Assembly: GCA_001949185.1 (NCBI GenBank)
Contig: BDGG01000004.1
Coordinates: 149,620 to 213,619 of the forward strand
Source: Ramazzottius varieornatus
Taxonomy: Eukaryota; Animalia; Tardigrada
Reading direction: 5' to 3'
DNA length: 64,000 bases
Below, piece after piece: positions 1 to 13,800 of the stretch (within the stretch, counting starts at the first letter, position 1; each line of letters starts with the position of its first letter). The position numbers and the translations under genes are program-made. The notes below the pieces were generated by a model. It worked only from the letters and a program-made list of their open reading frames with translations. It did not search any database and had not been told where the DNA came from.

Positions 1-1300
1 GGAGGAAGCCGAGAAGATGGTCAACAATATCAGCCAGCTGAACGGGCAAACGTTTTGTACCACCCAGATCATCCGAACCACCATCGGTAATCTGCTGGCC
101 AGTATTCTGTTTGGAGAACGCTTCGACTATGACGACCCTGAGACGCACGCTTTCTTCAACAAAATGAACGCTGTCGTCCGCTATTTTGGTCCTTGCGGTA
201 TCTTGTAAGTGCAATTGATTCTGTTGAGAAAAATCTACTCTCCTTTGATTGCTCTGTTTACAGCGGAATTTGCCGTCTGTTATTAGGAACATCTTTCCAG
301 TGTTGCGCCACATCCCATCGATTGCCGCCAGCTTCCGTCTGGTCACCGATGCTTTGGACGGCGCCGGTCAATACATCAACCGCCTTATCAAGCATCGAGG
401 TGGTTCAACATACCCGAGAACCGTTTTCGACTACACGGACGCCTTCCTCAACGCCCAGGACAAGGAAAGGGAAATGTTCGGCAAACCGAAGCTCTTCACT
501 GATCAACAATATATGGGTTCAGCCCGCGAGCTGTTCTTTACCGGCTACGACACGACCACTTCGACGTTGAGATGGGTAAGCTTCCTGCATCCCGCGATCA
601 GCTCCACTGAAACTGAACGAACGTCCTCCGTTTCCCACGAGTAATACGAACCGTGCTTTTTCGCTATAGATTTTTCTTTACATCGGGTTGAACCCGGCAG
701 CCCAAGCTCGAATTCAACAGGAAATTGATGCGGTCGTCGGGTCCGGCCGACTACCAACCTGGGAAGATCAGAAGTCGATGCCGTTTACTACCGCCTGCAT
801 ATACGAAGTCCAGCGACTAGCCAACATCGCTCCCTTATCGCTCCCCCATCGAGCAATCGACGACACTGAACTTGGTGGATACTTTATTCCCAAGGATGCT
901 TGGATCTTTACCAACATGTGGTCTGTCCACCGCGATGAATCAAAGTGGGAAGACGCAACCGTCTTTCGACCGGAAAGATTCTTGACAGCTGACGGAAAGG
1001 AGCTCGTTCTTCCCAACCACTTCATCCCGTATTCCATTGGTAAGCGAGTTGCACCACAACACCGGAGCTGTGTACGCTGCTTTGCTTTTGCCCTTAGAAT
1101 GACAATTGTCTCTGATTGCAGGAAAACGCTCTTGCCCGGGGGAAAGCCTGGCCAAAATGGCCTTGTTTCTCATTTTCGCCTCGGTTCTTCAACGCTTCAG
1201 CCTGAGCGTGGACAAACCGGAGTCGGTGGACATGTCGCCAGTGAACGGGATCACGCTGGACACCCACGAATATTTCCTTACTGCTGTTCCTCGAACTTGA
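1..1300 (+). CDS. Cytochrome P450, CYP2-clan-like (5'-truncated by window)
   Basis: Phase-consistent exons <1-204, 287-575, 670-1039, 1122-1300 with GT..AG introns. I-helix ELFFTGYDTT, K-helix EVQR, PERF motif, and heme motif PYSIGKRSCPG formed across the last intron. Confidence 0.95.
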
Positions 1301-1752
1301 TCAACTGCAGATTTCTTCGAAAACTAGTTTTGTTCTCGAGGGTTTAGTATGCATCCGTTGATTGTCAGGAGTCTACTTGAGCTATTTATATGAGCGCACA
1401 AACTGAAATGCTTTTACGTCGAACTGTGTTCTGTAGTACTATCAATAACAGGCTCTGACTTTCCTCGATTAATGGACAAGTCACAACGGCTCCATGTTTT
1501 GATACCATAGGTAACAAATCTCAGTGCGGTACGTAACTCGAGCTGCGAAGGATAGCAGGAAATTGAGTAACTATGGTGCCGGTGTCCGGGTGGGAAATTA
1601 TCGACTTCCCGACTTTTGGGTTCTCGATCCGTTTGTCACAAAGCGTTAATTGAACGGAATATGGCATGGACTACTGCATCAAGGAGACAAGGTGGACATT
1701 TTCACGGCGATTGTCAGTTCCCGAACGATTGACCTTGGTCGTGCCACTTCTA

Positions 1753-2381
1753 CGGGGCGCTTGGTCAAACCTGGTACCAGCTGCAGTTTTTCATTGCATT
1801 TTCTTTGACGTACTTCATTCAATTTCTCAAGCTGCGTCCAAGAAGCAAAAGCATGTTTCGACATGATGCAAGATGGCTTGGAATCTTTATCGGTCTGACT
1901 TCCAGTAGGGGGAAACTGTTTGGCACAGGTGAAAAGCTCTCTCACAACCCAAACTCGAGTAACGAAATCGAACTTAATTTCAACAGATCTAGAATCATAT
2001 ATAGTCTATTTTTCTGTTTAGCCCTTCCATAGAATAACTTACAACGTCTGATTCTACCATACATACTACCTTTCAAGCAATTATCTAGTAGACTGATCAT
2101 TGTTTTACAGTATTTGATATTGGCCTCAATACTAACAGCGGAGAAGGAAAAGAAGAATTTCAAAGGCTGCCTACAAGTAGCAAAAGTTGTTGCCTAAATC
2201 GACGTGCTCCGCTTTGACAAAAAGCAGTCATGGGGTCGACACTTGCACGACCGAATATGACGTTCTGCACGATGGGAAAGAGCATTGTTTGGGCTACTTG
2301 TCCATACGTTCTTCTTAAAAGCGATCTTTACCAGGGCGCTATAATTTGAAGAGTTGGTGGCAAGTTTGACCAAACGCCCTG
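1753..2381. mobile_element. Non-autonomous Tc1/mariner-type element
   Basis: Imperfect ~30 bp TIRs (CGGGGCGCTTGGTCAAACCTGGTACCAGCT vs CAGGGCGTTTGGTCAAACTTGCCACCAACT), flanked by TA on both sides. Confidence 0.65.
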
Positions 2382-2716
2382 TAGCTTACTGTATAGATAG
2401 GGCTTGTGCGTGATACGAGATAGAATATCCGTGAGGAGTCAGCATATTGTGCTCGAAAGTATGCTTGGGGCTTCTTGTCACAAAACCTTAAAACTGTCTT
2501 TTGTTTCGGAAACCATTTCTAGAAGTATTAATTGGTACCGTTAAAGGCCAGCAGGTACGAAGCAGCGCCCTACTGGGATAGGTTATGTTGGCCTGCATTA
2601 ACACACGCTCTTCGGCAGCAGGTGCGTTATATCATACTGCGTTTTCGTCCTCGTATGTCTCTTCCAGCTGTCCATAGCCTCGTCAAACTTCGAAGATTAT
2701 CCCGAACTAAATTTCT

Positions 2717-3721
2717 GTGATGATTGCTACCAGTCGCAGACACTTCCCTCGGAGGCCGAAAAGGCAGTGTTGTACTACCTTGCATGCGACCATCATTGTC
2801 TTCGGTACAGCTAAGGTGGATGTTCAGGCCTCTACGTCTCCAAAAATGTCCAGGGTTCCCCGGTCTCAAACGAATCTGTTCCAATCACTGTGCAAGATCT
2901 GTTCCCATCACTGTGCAAGATTCTACGAATAACTAAGATCACCGCAGACAGCAACGTCCCTAACACCTTCACGGCAGAATGGTGCATCTTCACAACGGAA
3001 TGTGCGTACGGTCAACGAATCAACATCCGGAAAGCCAACTGGGGACTACAGGACAAGCAAGTCAACGCCACCGGGATACTGTCGACCTACTGTGACGGCA
3101 GCAGTGTTTGCTGCTTCGATGTCGACATTGTCCATCCTCTCGATAGCGACCCTGTTGTTAATTCGTTCGGCAAACGAACTTGACGTTTCATATACCTGCT
3201 TGCTAAAGGTAAATCATCAATTCGCTTTTTTGAACCGCTGACCGTTTTAACACTGCACAGTTTCTTTATTCGGTCATGTTACTGTACGTTACTGTTTTGG
3301 AGGAAAAGCGGCACGTTCAACGCCGAAGATTGTCGTTCAGGAACGAACGAACGAACGAACGTACGTCTCTGCTCTCCGATGTCCGGTTGACCAGAAAGCG
3401 GATCTGCTGAAGGCTACCTACGGATACGGATGCAAGTTTGCGGATGCGACCCAGAAGCTATGCGACAAGTTTCCCAACGGTACATGCATCTTCGAGGTCT
3501 CCAGTGTCGAGGATCACAACTTTGGACAAGCCAAGGTCCTGACAGACGAATATAGATCCAACAACGGAGAGACCACCCGCAAGCAACTTCCTCAACCACC
3601 CAGAGATCGTACGAAATGGAACGAGCTGCCAGAGATGACTTTTACGAATAATCGGTCCGCGATTTTCGGAAACTCTAGACAGCACAATTGTTTACTGCTG
3701 ATAATGAAGTACGGGACCTAG
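2717..3721 (+). pseudogene. Disrupted gene with tandem SUEL/galactose-rhamnose lectin-like domains
   Basis: CAYGQRINIRKANWG...CDGSSVCCFDV...DP...K-LDVSYTC, and a second unit LRCPVDQKADLLKATYG...C...C (~3365-3560). Apparent 1-nt frameshift near 3177 and a 23-bp tandem duplication at 2874-2919. Confidence 0.5.
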
Positions 3722-4235
3722 TGATTATAAGATAAGTGAGAAAGGAAGAACAGAATGCAACCATTGATGCGACAACAATCAGTACAGGATCACAACCGGA
3801 CGTTTCTGACTCTGTATGGATTAGAGAAAAAATGTCAGCACTGAATGATATTCTCGATGAGAAGAACGCAGCACAGGTAGAGGACCGAATTAAAAGAAAA
3901 GATGACGAAGGAAGTAAATCAGGTCCTGACATCCGAAGTCCAGGAACTCCAGTCCACATACAGTATTCCACCCACAAGTCTCCCAAGGCAGCACAGTCGC
4001 TAGCAGGTTGCTGGTCGCTCTCTTTGATGTCAGAAACACCGTTCGAAAGCTAAACCATAGTCTAAGCTAAGCATGAACTATAAGAATTGCAGGAGCATAA
4101 TAAGTTACAGTATGATCAATAACGGTAAAACGTGATCTCGTAATATATTTCAAAAACAGTAAAAACATGAACACCACTATGGTCCGAATGAAGTAGAATC
4201 ATTTTTCTTCAAGATTGTTTTTGGTGAAGTGAAAA

Positions 4236-5066
4236 CTATTCGAGAGCGCTGAGCATCAGCAGCTGCTTCAGCACCCTGTTTTGCGACGTCTCCCGAATTT
4301 CACCGGCTAAAAACATTTCATCAACCACGGAATACACCTGCAACCGGAAGTCATCTAGTTAGCAAATCAACAGTGCTCTGTAGTTGGCCATGGTATAACA
4401 GACCGTGATTTGCAACATCGCATAACACCGAAGTAGGAGGGAGAAAGCCTACCTTGTAAAAGTTGAAGACGAGATCAAGCTCGCAGACATTGTGGAAGTA
4501 TTCATTAAGCACCTCCACAAAGTTGTGGATGGCTTCCAAGTAGGCCAAATTGTTGTCCCCAATGTCCACGCATATGCAGAAGTAAAGGCCGGCATATCGC
4601 CGATAAATGATCTTGAAGCTTCGGAACTGCAAACAAGAGAACAAGGCGTGAAACCGTCCAATCGATAAAGTGTCACAACACTTCCGGTGCGCCGGACAGT
4701 ATATTGAAGTACGACAGGGAGGAGTTGTACACAGCACGCAAGCTAAAAAGACCCAGCGCACACCATCTGCGCGATTTTCTGACCAATCCTAAAATTTTAA
4801 TAATTCAAGCTCACCTCCACGAAATTCGTATGCTTGGCATCTCGGACAGTAACCAAAGCATGGACCTCTTCGATCAGCTTCTGCTTCTCGTCGTCATCAA
4901 AATGCATGTACCACTTGGCCAGCCGAGTCTTCCCCGCCCGGTTCTGGATGAGGATGAAACGAATCTACAGAAGAAACAGCAGACATGAAGGCCAGACAGT
5001 CATTCGATGTCACAACCAACAAACTGAATCACGACGACAACGAACGAGCTATTCTTGGCCTACCAT
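4236..5066 (-). CDS. AP2S1: AP-2 complex subunit sigma
   Basis: Exons 5066-5064 (ATG only), 4964-4815, 4626-4453, 4337-4236 join to 429 nt = 142 aa: [20 protein letters not shown]...RRYAGLYF...[14 protein letters not shown]...GEIRETSQ. Confidence 0.97.
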
Positions 5067-7841
5067 CTTAAAAACTGCAGGGACATCTGTCTAAAGAAGA
5101 GATCCTTCTGCCAGGAGAGAGGAGATCGATAAACCCCTGAAGAGCAAACGTGAAGAATATTTTTTAAGTGGACCACGAGAATGATCCGACGACGTGCATG
5201 CGTTGTTGAATACGGCCTTGCACAAAGTATTTGTAGTGGCCATCAACTAATCAACCATAACCTCAAGGCAGTATTTGCCAATCAACGCCAAGCAAGCCAT
5301 ATTTAGCAGCTGGCCGGACCGACGAGCTTCACCCTACCGCTCAATCAGCAATCAATGCTCAGTTGCATGGCGCATGATGCCATGATTCGCATATGACATG
5401 ACACGGCCTTGATAGTGAATTCTCTATCAAGGCCGTGTCGACAGTAAGGGTGAACGACCGCCTATTTCCGATCACTTGGCTCATGACGTAACTTCGCAGC
5501 GATAGGTTCGTAATGTGGCAGATGGCTCCACCGTATGGTTTGCATATCGTGGGTTCGCTACCTTCCAGCCGTCCCAGAAGAGCCGAAGTTTTGTTCACCA
5601 AGTTGTGTTCCAGGATTCAATCGCAGACCTCAGCATATCCTTAGCTCAGAACCCTTTAGCTCAGACTGCAACCAACGGGAGGGTCTCAAACGTTGTTTCA
5701 GCTTTGTATCGTACGTAGCGCTCAGTGACCAGTCGATCACGTAATGGTACTTCAACTCAGCTTGCAGTACCAGTCGGGCACTTGAGAGATTTCGTCTCGA
5801 CCAACCTGATCATATTTCGTCTTTCTACCATGCTCAGCCTTGTGGTAGTGTTGCTCAATAAGCTTGCATATCAGTCAACACTTTGCAAATGGCCTGTCTG
5901 AACTACAGTCCTAGCGACTATCTACAAATTCTCAATTGACAGAATTGACGGAAACAAGATTCTCCTTCAGCTGGCTAACCTTTGCCCCGAGTCCATATAG
6001 CACCGCGGCAATATTCGATGCTTGAGGGCAAGTTAATTTAGAAGATAACAAGACGTGCGAGGTACAAAGGACGAAAAGAGGGAAGGGCTGCGCGAGTAAC
6101 GACGAAGCTGGCCTTTGATAAACCGGTCGTGCTCCCCGTCCATTAACAAAGCATCCAAATCGCAAGTCGGAGCTTTGGCTATTTAAGAGCTTGAGTTAGC
6201 CGCTGGAGCGACTCTATCACATAGTAGCCGTGAAATATTGGTCATTTTCAAATTTAGATTGGATTTGAAGGAGGAAGGATGAATGGCTCTGGCAGAAAGA
6301 AGTTTTGAAATAATGGTCCTTGTCAAATTTAGATTGAAGTCGAAGGAGGAAGGAAGGACAAGTGCGACGGCTGGAGCCTGGAATGGTGCGAGAGGTCAAG
6401 CAGAAATCTTCTGATTTCCTGCATGAGGTAGCAGTCCAGTATGCCAGTCGCGAAGGTTCTCTCACGTCAACCGAGCGATGGACAAATGAGTTCAAGGAGA
6501 TTGTTACTCCAAGTGGCGCACATTCCCATTCAACTGCAATGGTATGACGCGCGGCACATGAGTTAACGATTTGGTTCAGTTCAATTGTCCGCGTCTCAAT
6601 TAAGAAAATTTCTGAAATTCGCGCATTGACTCGTGGTAAGCTGAAGTCGAGTTTGAACATTGCTTTATGAATTTCCTTCAACGCCCGATAACGTCAGAAA
6701 AAACTGTCTGGAAACTGTAAAAAAAATATGAAAGCTGCCCGCTTTGGTTTCAACAAGAATACAAAATCGGAAAAAAAATGTTTTCGTATAAAAAACATCG
6801 TTAATCATAAAACGATTGAAACTTAACTTCGTCGATTCACCTTAAATTACATCATGAAAACACGACTTCTGCAGACAGAGGGAAAAAATTTAATAAAAAC
6901 AGGCGATTACAGCCCAACAAGACTGTAAAATCACACTTCAAAGAGAAGGAAGGGAAGTTCTTGATGGCCTTTGGGTGGAAGTTGCTTGTTGACTGCTTGA
7001 ATGCACTTGTTGCGGTCGGATTATTCTCGTAGGAAGGAATTACTTAAAGACAACATGCTGGCAAATGTGTCAAACAGATGTGGAAGGCACATTCGTCTCT
7101 TCGGAACATTGTGGCATAGCGAGACATTTCTTGATGAACAGACAAGGTCAGCTATTGATGAATATTCAAACGCTAAAGCATTGCTCATGTTTATTTCCAT
7201 AACATGCCATAGGATAACGCGACTTGTCAGGCAGGAAGGACACAAAATTGCCGGCTAGAGAAACGAGTAACCGGAACGTGATCGCCTATCACGTTTGATA
7301 AACATCTCATTTCCTCCTCGAGACATTTTCGTTGCCTTGCTCCAACCTCCACTCCAATTTCCTTCTTTCCAATACACCGACCATGCTGCGCTGTCCTCCC
7401 TCTTCTGAGATCACTGTGCTGCTGCGCTTTCCATTCCAAAGTGTTGAGCCATCAAAGACTAAACTTTGTCCACCGTTTTCTCGCCCTATAAAACAGAAAG
7501 AAGATCGATCAGAACCCGAGAACTTGGCATTCAATCAAGACCCTAAATCAATTGCACAAAATCTGAAGACCCACCAAATCAATCAAACATCAAATGGAAG
7601 CTTGGCAAACAAACTCGCCCAGATCGCTTTGCCAAGTACCGCACGTTTTCCTTGATACAAGGTGGAAGCGTCCGCCACTTGAGAAAACAACCTTGCCGAG
7701 GTTGTCCACCGAGCTCCCCAAATAAAGACTGCATTAAACCAAGATTCAAAAACCTGCATTCGTCGTGTCAACCATTTGAATGATGTACTCACCGTTAAAA
7801 CCGGCTGAAGACTGAAAGACACGGTTTCATCCTTCCAAAAC

Positions 7842-8807
7842 TCAACTCTTTCCAACCGAAGTCATTCTTTTGGCCTGTCCTGGCCTCCTTTCAAGCACTG
7901 GCGATGGAAACCTGGGCTTGAGCGGTCGATTAGACGCCACCGGTGATGAATCAAGCGACGTTGATGGCGAGCTCGTTAGGCTCTGCACATAGTCCCTCCG
8001 TGGGGAACACCGACATCCGGTCAGGTGGTAATTCCCATAGGCTTCCTCCACCAGCTTCTCCGCTCCTTTCAGTGGCCAGTAACACATCAAGCAAGGCATA
8101 CACGTGAGGGAAAAAAGCGTCATCCAGGACCAGCGCTGGCAGCACTTGGAAGTCCCAAAGCAGGAACAAGGATCGTCAGTGGCTTCATTCTCAACGTTCG
8201 TACAATGATACAAGAAGGCTTTCACCCCACAAAGACAACTTAAGGCTTCCACCACGTTATCCCCCGAACATTTGACCGATCCGCCGCATATCCACGTTGA
8301 AGGAAGCTTCCTCGGCGTGGTACACGCCGAACACTGGCACTTTCCGCATTCAGGGCAAATGATCGTTTGGAAGTTTTCACCAGTTTTAACTTCCTCTTTC
8401 TTGACTTCCTTCTTCTGCACTGCTGTACTTTCCTCCTTCACCTTCTCTTCCCACTTCTTCTGTAGTTCTTTTGGATCTTTCAAGTGGCCATGAATGGCGC
8501 AAGGAGGTTTCTTGCGAAGGGGGTCGGACGACGAAGACGACTCTTTCGGCGGCAGCTTCGGTTGATCGTTGATAACGTATTGATTGGCTCTGGCTTTGCT
8601 GAGGTCGTGGTGTTCGTCATGGCTCTTCTGGCCACAGTCCGCGGGGCGCTCCAACAGGCCGTGCCATCCACCCCCGTTATGGCTAGGGGTCTTCAGCGGC
8701 AACTTGGGGGCATCAACGTATTCATTACCATAACGGTCATTGTGAGGGCGAGGTTGTTCCAGTCGCACTGGGAGAGGGGGCCGTTGATTGTTTGATCGGC
8801 TATGCAT
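7842..8807 (-). CDS. SPRY: Protein sprouty (single coding exon)
   Basis: N-terminal NEYVDAP tyrosine motif and Cys-rich SPR domain (IICPECGKCQC...LPSTWIC...SCLCGVKAFLYHC...DDPCSC...PCLMCYWP). First in-frame ATG at 8807; splice acceptor near 8946 implies upstream UTR exon(s). Confidence 0.95.
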   Translation of the reverse strand: MHSRSNNQRPPLPVRLEQPRPHNDRYGNEYVDAPKLPLKTPSHNGGGWHGLLERPADCGQKSHDEHHDLSKARANQYVINDQPKLPPKESSSSSDPLRKKPPCAIHGHLKDPKELQKKWEEKVKEESTAVQKKEVKKEEVKTGENFQTIICPECGKCQCSACTTPRKLPSTWICGGSVKCSGDNVVEALSCLCGVKAFLYHCTNVENEATDDPCSCFGTSKCCQRWSWMTLFSLTCMPCLMCYWPLKGAEKLVEEAYGNYHLTGCRCSPRRDYVQSLTSSPSTSLDSSPVASNRPLKPRFPSPVLERRPGQAKRMTSVGKS

Positions 8808-10687
8808 TGCATCCTTCAAACAAATGTCGCGACTTCCTTCTTGCTCTTTCAGTGCGTATGCTGGCTGTCTTTCCGGGCGTTGGAAATGATGGATGAAATC
8901 AGAGAACCGACGCGATGATTATCGGCGAGACGTCAATAGTCCAGCCTGAAAATGAGACAAAAGGCAGACCGTTAATTAAGTTTCTAATTCCGCCCTCCTT
9001 TCCAGGTTGGGCCTTCGCTCCTTTAGGATGAAAGAACGGAAACGACTGGGTAGGAATTTAACGGCCAAAAGGTGCAATTGAAAGAATGGGCACTTTTCGC
9101 ATCTTGATTCAAGGCGCGATTCCCTCTAAACGACCGTAGGCTAGAGAAAATGAGGCTTCCTTGCGAACCCGCCAAACATATCACAAATTTTTACTGGATA
9201 AAAATACCGGTCTTGGTTTTTTGAGCTTCATTGCAAAGAGGTATTACCGAGCTATTTTTAGGCTTTTTAACGCCCAAAGAGTTTTATGAGTCAGGCGGAA
9301 GAACTGTGAGTCTTTATTTCCAAGACGTCTGCTCTTCAAAGAATTTGGCGACGTCAACGAAAACTGAGCTCTTCTGCGCGACACAGATCTCCTCCTCGTG
9401 TAATCCTATTAGCAAACATGATGCTATTGGCCTTTCTCAGCAAGAAAAATTATCCCCTGATGAGAATCTGTCATCTCGTCAAAAAACAGTGAAAGAAACG
9501 GAAAATCATACGCCTCAACGCTAAAGGCGAGCATATACTGACTTTTCAAAATTCTCAAAGTGGAAATGAAAGACGAATCCATGAGAGAAACTCGGAAACG
9601 AATCGGGAAGACAATGACAAGATAAAACATTCTTGAAACCAATTATCGCATTTCACAAGCAGTTTTAGACTTTCTGAAATCCTGAATTTTTGAAAAGATT
9701 TCTCTTTTTCAAGGTTTCATGGACAATAGTCATTTAAACTTGGGCCGCGAGGTGAGAAGGGATATCCTGTTTGGCTGTCCCATAATCTCACAGCACAAAA
9801 AGCCTGAAGGCGGATATCCTTCCGTCGTAACTGTCAAATTTGTCTGTAAAGCCCGCGTGCAGAATTTGAGTGATTTCTTCCTTCTTAGACAAATTCTTGC
9901 AGTGGTGTTTCTGTTTCTCGTCTCGCAAGCTCTCACACGGAACCGTTTACTAGCTATAAATACCACAGCACGCTTTCAAGCCGGATGTTTCAGCTTGATC
10001 TAACGCGAACAAAGCTGCGGTACAATTTGCGAAGCTTTCTGAACAAATCTATCAAGCAGCAAAACCGGTTTTCCAGAAGTTAATCTTCCGAGATTTCAAC
10101 TTCAAACTATTAAAGCGCAACCTCCAAAACTAGTTAACCAGTGTCCGATCCACAGGAAACACGAGGAAGACCTAAAGAAAAGAAATCCACGGAAGCGTTG
10201 TTCTTCCGATTCGAAGAGAGAAATCTTTGATTGCTCTCCGATGTAATTCCATTCTCTCATCGGGAGAGGCTTGTTTGCTCTAACCGGCCCTTTATTCCTC
10301 CATCCTTTTCATTGCGAGCTGAAGAATAAACGCGGCGATACATTTCACAGGAAAGGGCGAAGAGAGAGAAGGGACAGCTTTCAAAGGAGAACTTTACCTA
10401 TTTAGACATTGTCCATTCCCTTCCTTCCATTCGATATCGCGTCCAAACGACCGTCGATAAATCCTTTCTTCAGCCTCCTTTTGTGCCCATCCCCTGCCAA
10501 ACAGGTTAGCCTGGTTTCTGCCGCGGATATTATTCAAGTGATGATGAAAGCCAAAACCAGGAACAAGTCGTCAAACCACTCTCGGGGAAGATCTCTCGAT
10601 GAAACCTCAGATTTCGCCATAACATACGCACCCTCAATCAATTTGACATACTGGCAGATCAATCAACTAGACTAGTCGCATTGAGAG

Positions 10688-10875
10688 CCACGTCCAACAA
10701 ATGAGGAGCTTGACGTCATCAACGGAACCGAAAGCCAGAGGCACCGTCGTTACGTCATCGACCGCAGTCCAATCGGTAAGCCTCCACAAAGTCAATTTTC
10801 AAATTTCAGCCGAACAGAATATCATTCCATGACGTCCTGATGAATCCCGGTTGACCAATGGCTATCAATACGTCA
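10688..10875 (-). promoter_or_regulatory. CRE/ATF plus CCAAT cluster, probable sprouty promoter
   Basis: TGACGTCA 10711-10718, TTACGTCA 10750-10757, TGACGTCC 10830-10837, TACGTCA 10869-10875, CCAAT at 10769 and 10855. Candidate minus-strand donor near 10397. Confidence 0.55.
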
Positions 10876-13800
10876 TAGGACTTTCTTCTACGGCCTATGT
10901 TGTTGGAAGTTATAACACGGCACTACGCAATCAATCAACAATCTACCGAATCAGGATTCAGGAACGATCCAAGCGAAGCGGTGTTTGGAACGTACGTTGT
11001 TCCAATAGATTCTACAATTTCGTTCTCTCTCACCGCCACACATCGGAATAACCAGCGCACCTTTTGGCCATAAAACACAAGAAGGAATTTCACTTCTCAC
11101 CTTGTTAAGAAACGGTGGCGGTGCAGCGAACGATCCGCGGTCTTTCCGTCCGAGCGTAATCCATTGAGAGTAGGGCGTATAAAATTCCGGCTTCCAAATT
11201 CCCGGCGATAATCCCCGAGTATCGTGCTTGACCTGGTGTTGTAAAAGAGGTTCCGTGCTGACGGTATTGGAAATTGAAGGCAGGAAATAGCAACAGCGCA
11301 CGAAGACAACAGCGCACGAAGACAGCAGCGCTAGCAGTGACGATTGTGAAACGAGCAGAAATGCCAGCAGGCAAAGTCAGCGCATGCTGCACTTGTTCGT
11401 GTATCCGCTTCGTTATCCGACCCAAGACTGCGCGCTACGTTATCAGGGCAGTGCTGATGCGATAAAAGGGGTGAGTCAGCCTCGACCGTTTCTCTGAATG
11501 AAAACCGCTACCACGGCCCCGCCCGCCATTAGACCGCTTGACCAATGACGCTGACCACCCGACCGAGAACCTGTTTGATGCGCAGCTGTCTACCGCGCGG
11601 CTTTGTTCCGGCAGGTCAGGTGCACCGCGCATTCGCACTCTTATGCGAAGCAACTTGCGCACTTACTCGCAAACTATTCCCGTGGGTCCTCGCAGGTCTC
11701 TCGAGCAACTAGTGAGCGCCCTCGAGTGATAATCTGCGATAGACGACAGCATAGACAATGACGGTCAATATGGCGAGGAGGGATCGCTCCTACGGGTAAT
11801 CTTGGCAGTAGGACCAGTGCCCACAGGTGAGCGACCTGTGGGCTGTTATCGGGCATTACACAGTATGGCCAAACAGGTGTGGCCAAGCCCATTAACTTTT
11901 ATCCGCTAGCAACCTAGCATGGTACGGATGTTATCCGACTGAAGCTTCTTATCGTAATAAGATATCACTCTTAATGTTTGATGCTGTCGGTCTTTGTCGC
12001 AAAACAAACTAGTTGGACCGAGGAGATAAGGAAACACGGTCTGAGATGACCATCACTTAATACCGGGCTGAACGGCTCGACGGAAGAGGTGGGTCGCGTA
12101 AAGGTCGATTCAAGCGTCTGTCTAGATAGTTCGAGATTGCGTCCTAAACCGCTTGCTGTGAAAGCAAAGGGCCGGTAAAGACTGGTCGCTCAAGTGTTTC
12201 AGACGTCCGGTGTTCGAGGACCAAGGTCGGACGTAATCCAGGGTGAGGATTCACTCCGGATAGACGAGTTATTACCGTATTGGACTTACAGCACACCCCA
12301 AGACAGAATGGGAAACCCGCAAACTCGGTGTGAAGAACCAACGCATGTTGTAAGTCATCAGAGTAAACATTTCCTATCTATCTGGCTCACTGTTTACCAC
12401 GTGCTTTTCCAGACAAATAGCGCTGCCATTATTGACACTTTGATTACGGTTGATCTCGGCATACTTCAATGTAGTCATTTTACGAGAAATATTACAGGCG
12501 CGCTGACAGAACATTAAGTGGCGTACCGCAAAGCTGTACAAACAAGACGAGTAAGTGCGGCAAACGGAAAAGCTGGGTAGGATCACACGAGGACCTACTG
12601 AATACGGTTGACTGAAGGCTGAGTTTCCTTGTACCGCGCACGACAAGTACTCTACTAAAAACCTTGAAAAATTGTCAAACGGTAAACTTTTCGACCGTTG
12701 TTAAATGCACCTCCAGAAACCTCATTTTTGATTTTGTTACTCAACTTTAGAGAACCCATCTCCGTCGAACGTTATTTTTTCAGCCATTGAGGTAGTAACT
12801 GTGTAGATACTTCTTGACGTTCCTGACGCGTGGTGTGCTTCAGATATCGGAAAAGATAAGTTTGCAATGTTATCGCATTATTTTATCACACAACTGACAT
12901 TTTCCGCGCTTTGAAATCTGATCCCTGATGATTTGAAGCTATACTGCCGGCCTCACCCACAAATTCTTTGGCACATTCTTTGACAGTAATCGACCCACTC
13001 TGAGCTTTTGCGCAAGGCGTACCACCGCCAGAGAAGCGTCAATAAGTTTTCCCTTCTTTTACACTACCTTCTTGAAGAGGAATCTTAATGAGAAAAAGAC
13101 AAATGGACATCTGGTCGTCAAAGCTTCTTTGAGTTCAAATGGGAAGAATGCGTGTAGCGTACGCCCTGCCTCAATGGCCTTTCTCGGGAGGAATAATTGA
13201 TACAAAGGCTAAGTGGTTGGCTATGCCCGGGCTGGAAGATGAGGTTCATACCCGTTGTAAGGGAGTGGCAGGTTCCCACACTCCTCGATGAAAAGGCATA
13301 TACAAGCAAATACAAAACATCTTGAGATGAAATCCGAGGACTCCCCCATACTTCAGCAGTAGCCATGTGTGATACGTTTGGCCATGCCACATGAGCAGTT
13401 AATCGTCCACACCGGTCATTTGATACACATCCACCTACCGACCCCAATGGACGATGGTCGAAGCGACTACAATACCCCAACCACCGCAATGGAGATTGTG
13501 CGTTCACGGAGCTGAGCCGCTCAAATGGACTGCATCCGGCTTACTAAACTTACAAAGCTCAGCCGCTGAATGCGATCGGTCGTAAGACAGATTCAAGGTC
13601 CCCTTTTCTTGCTCGCCGGTCCGCGCGAAGTCTTATGCTAATCGACTTGTGCTGGATGAAGTTTTAGCTAAATGATACTTCCTTATCGGTTACGTGGACT
13701 ATCTTTGCGTTGAATTTCCCTGCGCGAGGTTTAATGGGTTTATGACAGGGAGCAGTTTTCCGTCCAAATGAACTCGATATAGTAGTCAAGAAAGTTTGCA

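Noticed and set aside
1679-1945. ORF resembling a P-element/THAP9 transposase segment (ASW..L...P.LT)
   Set aside because: It runs across the TIR of the 1753-2381 element; the resemblance is short and unsupported.
6231-6547. Possible restriction-like endonuclease remnant of a non-LTR retrotransposon
   Set aside because: Catalytic PD and K residues are not present and there is no adjacent RT.
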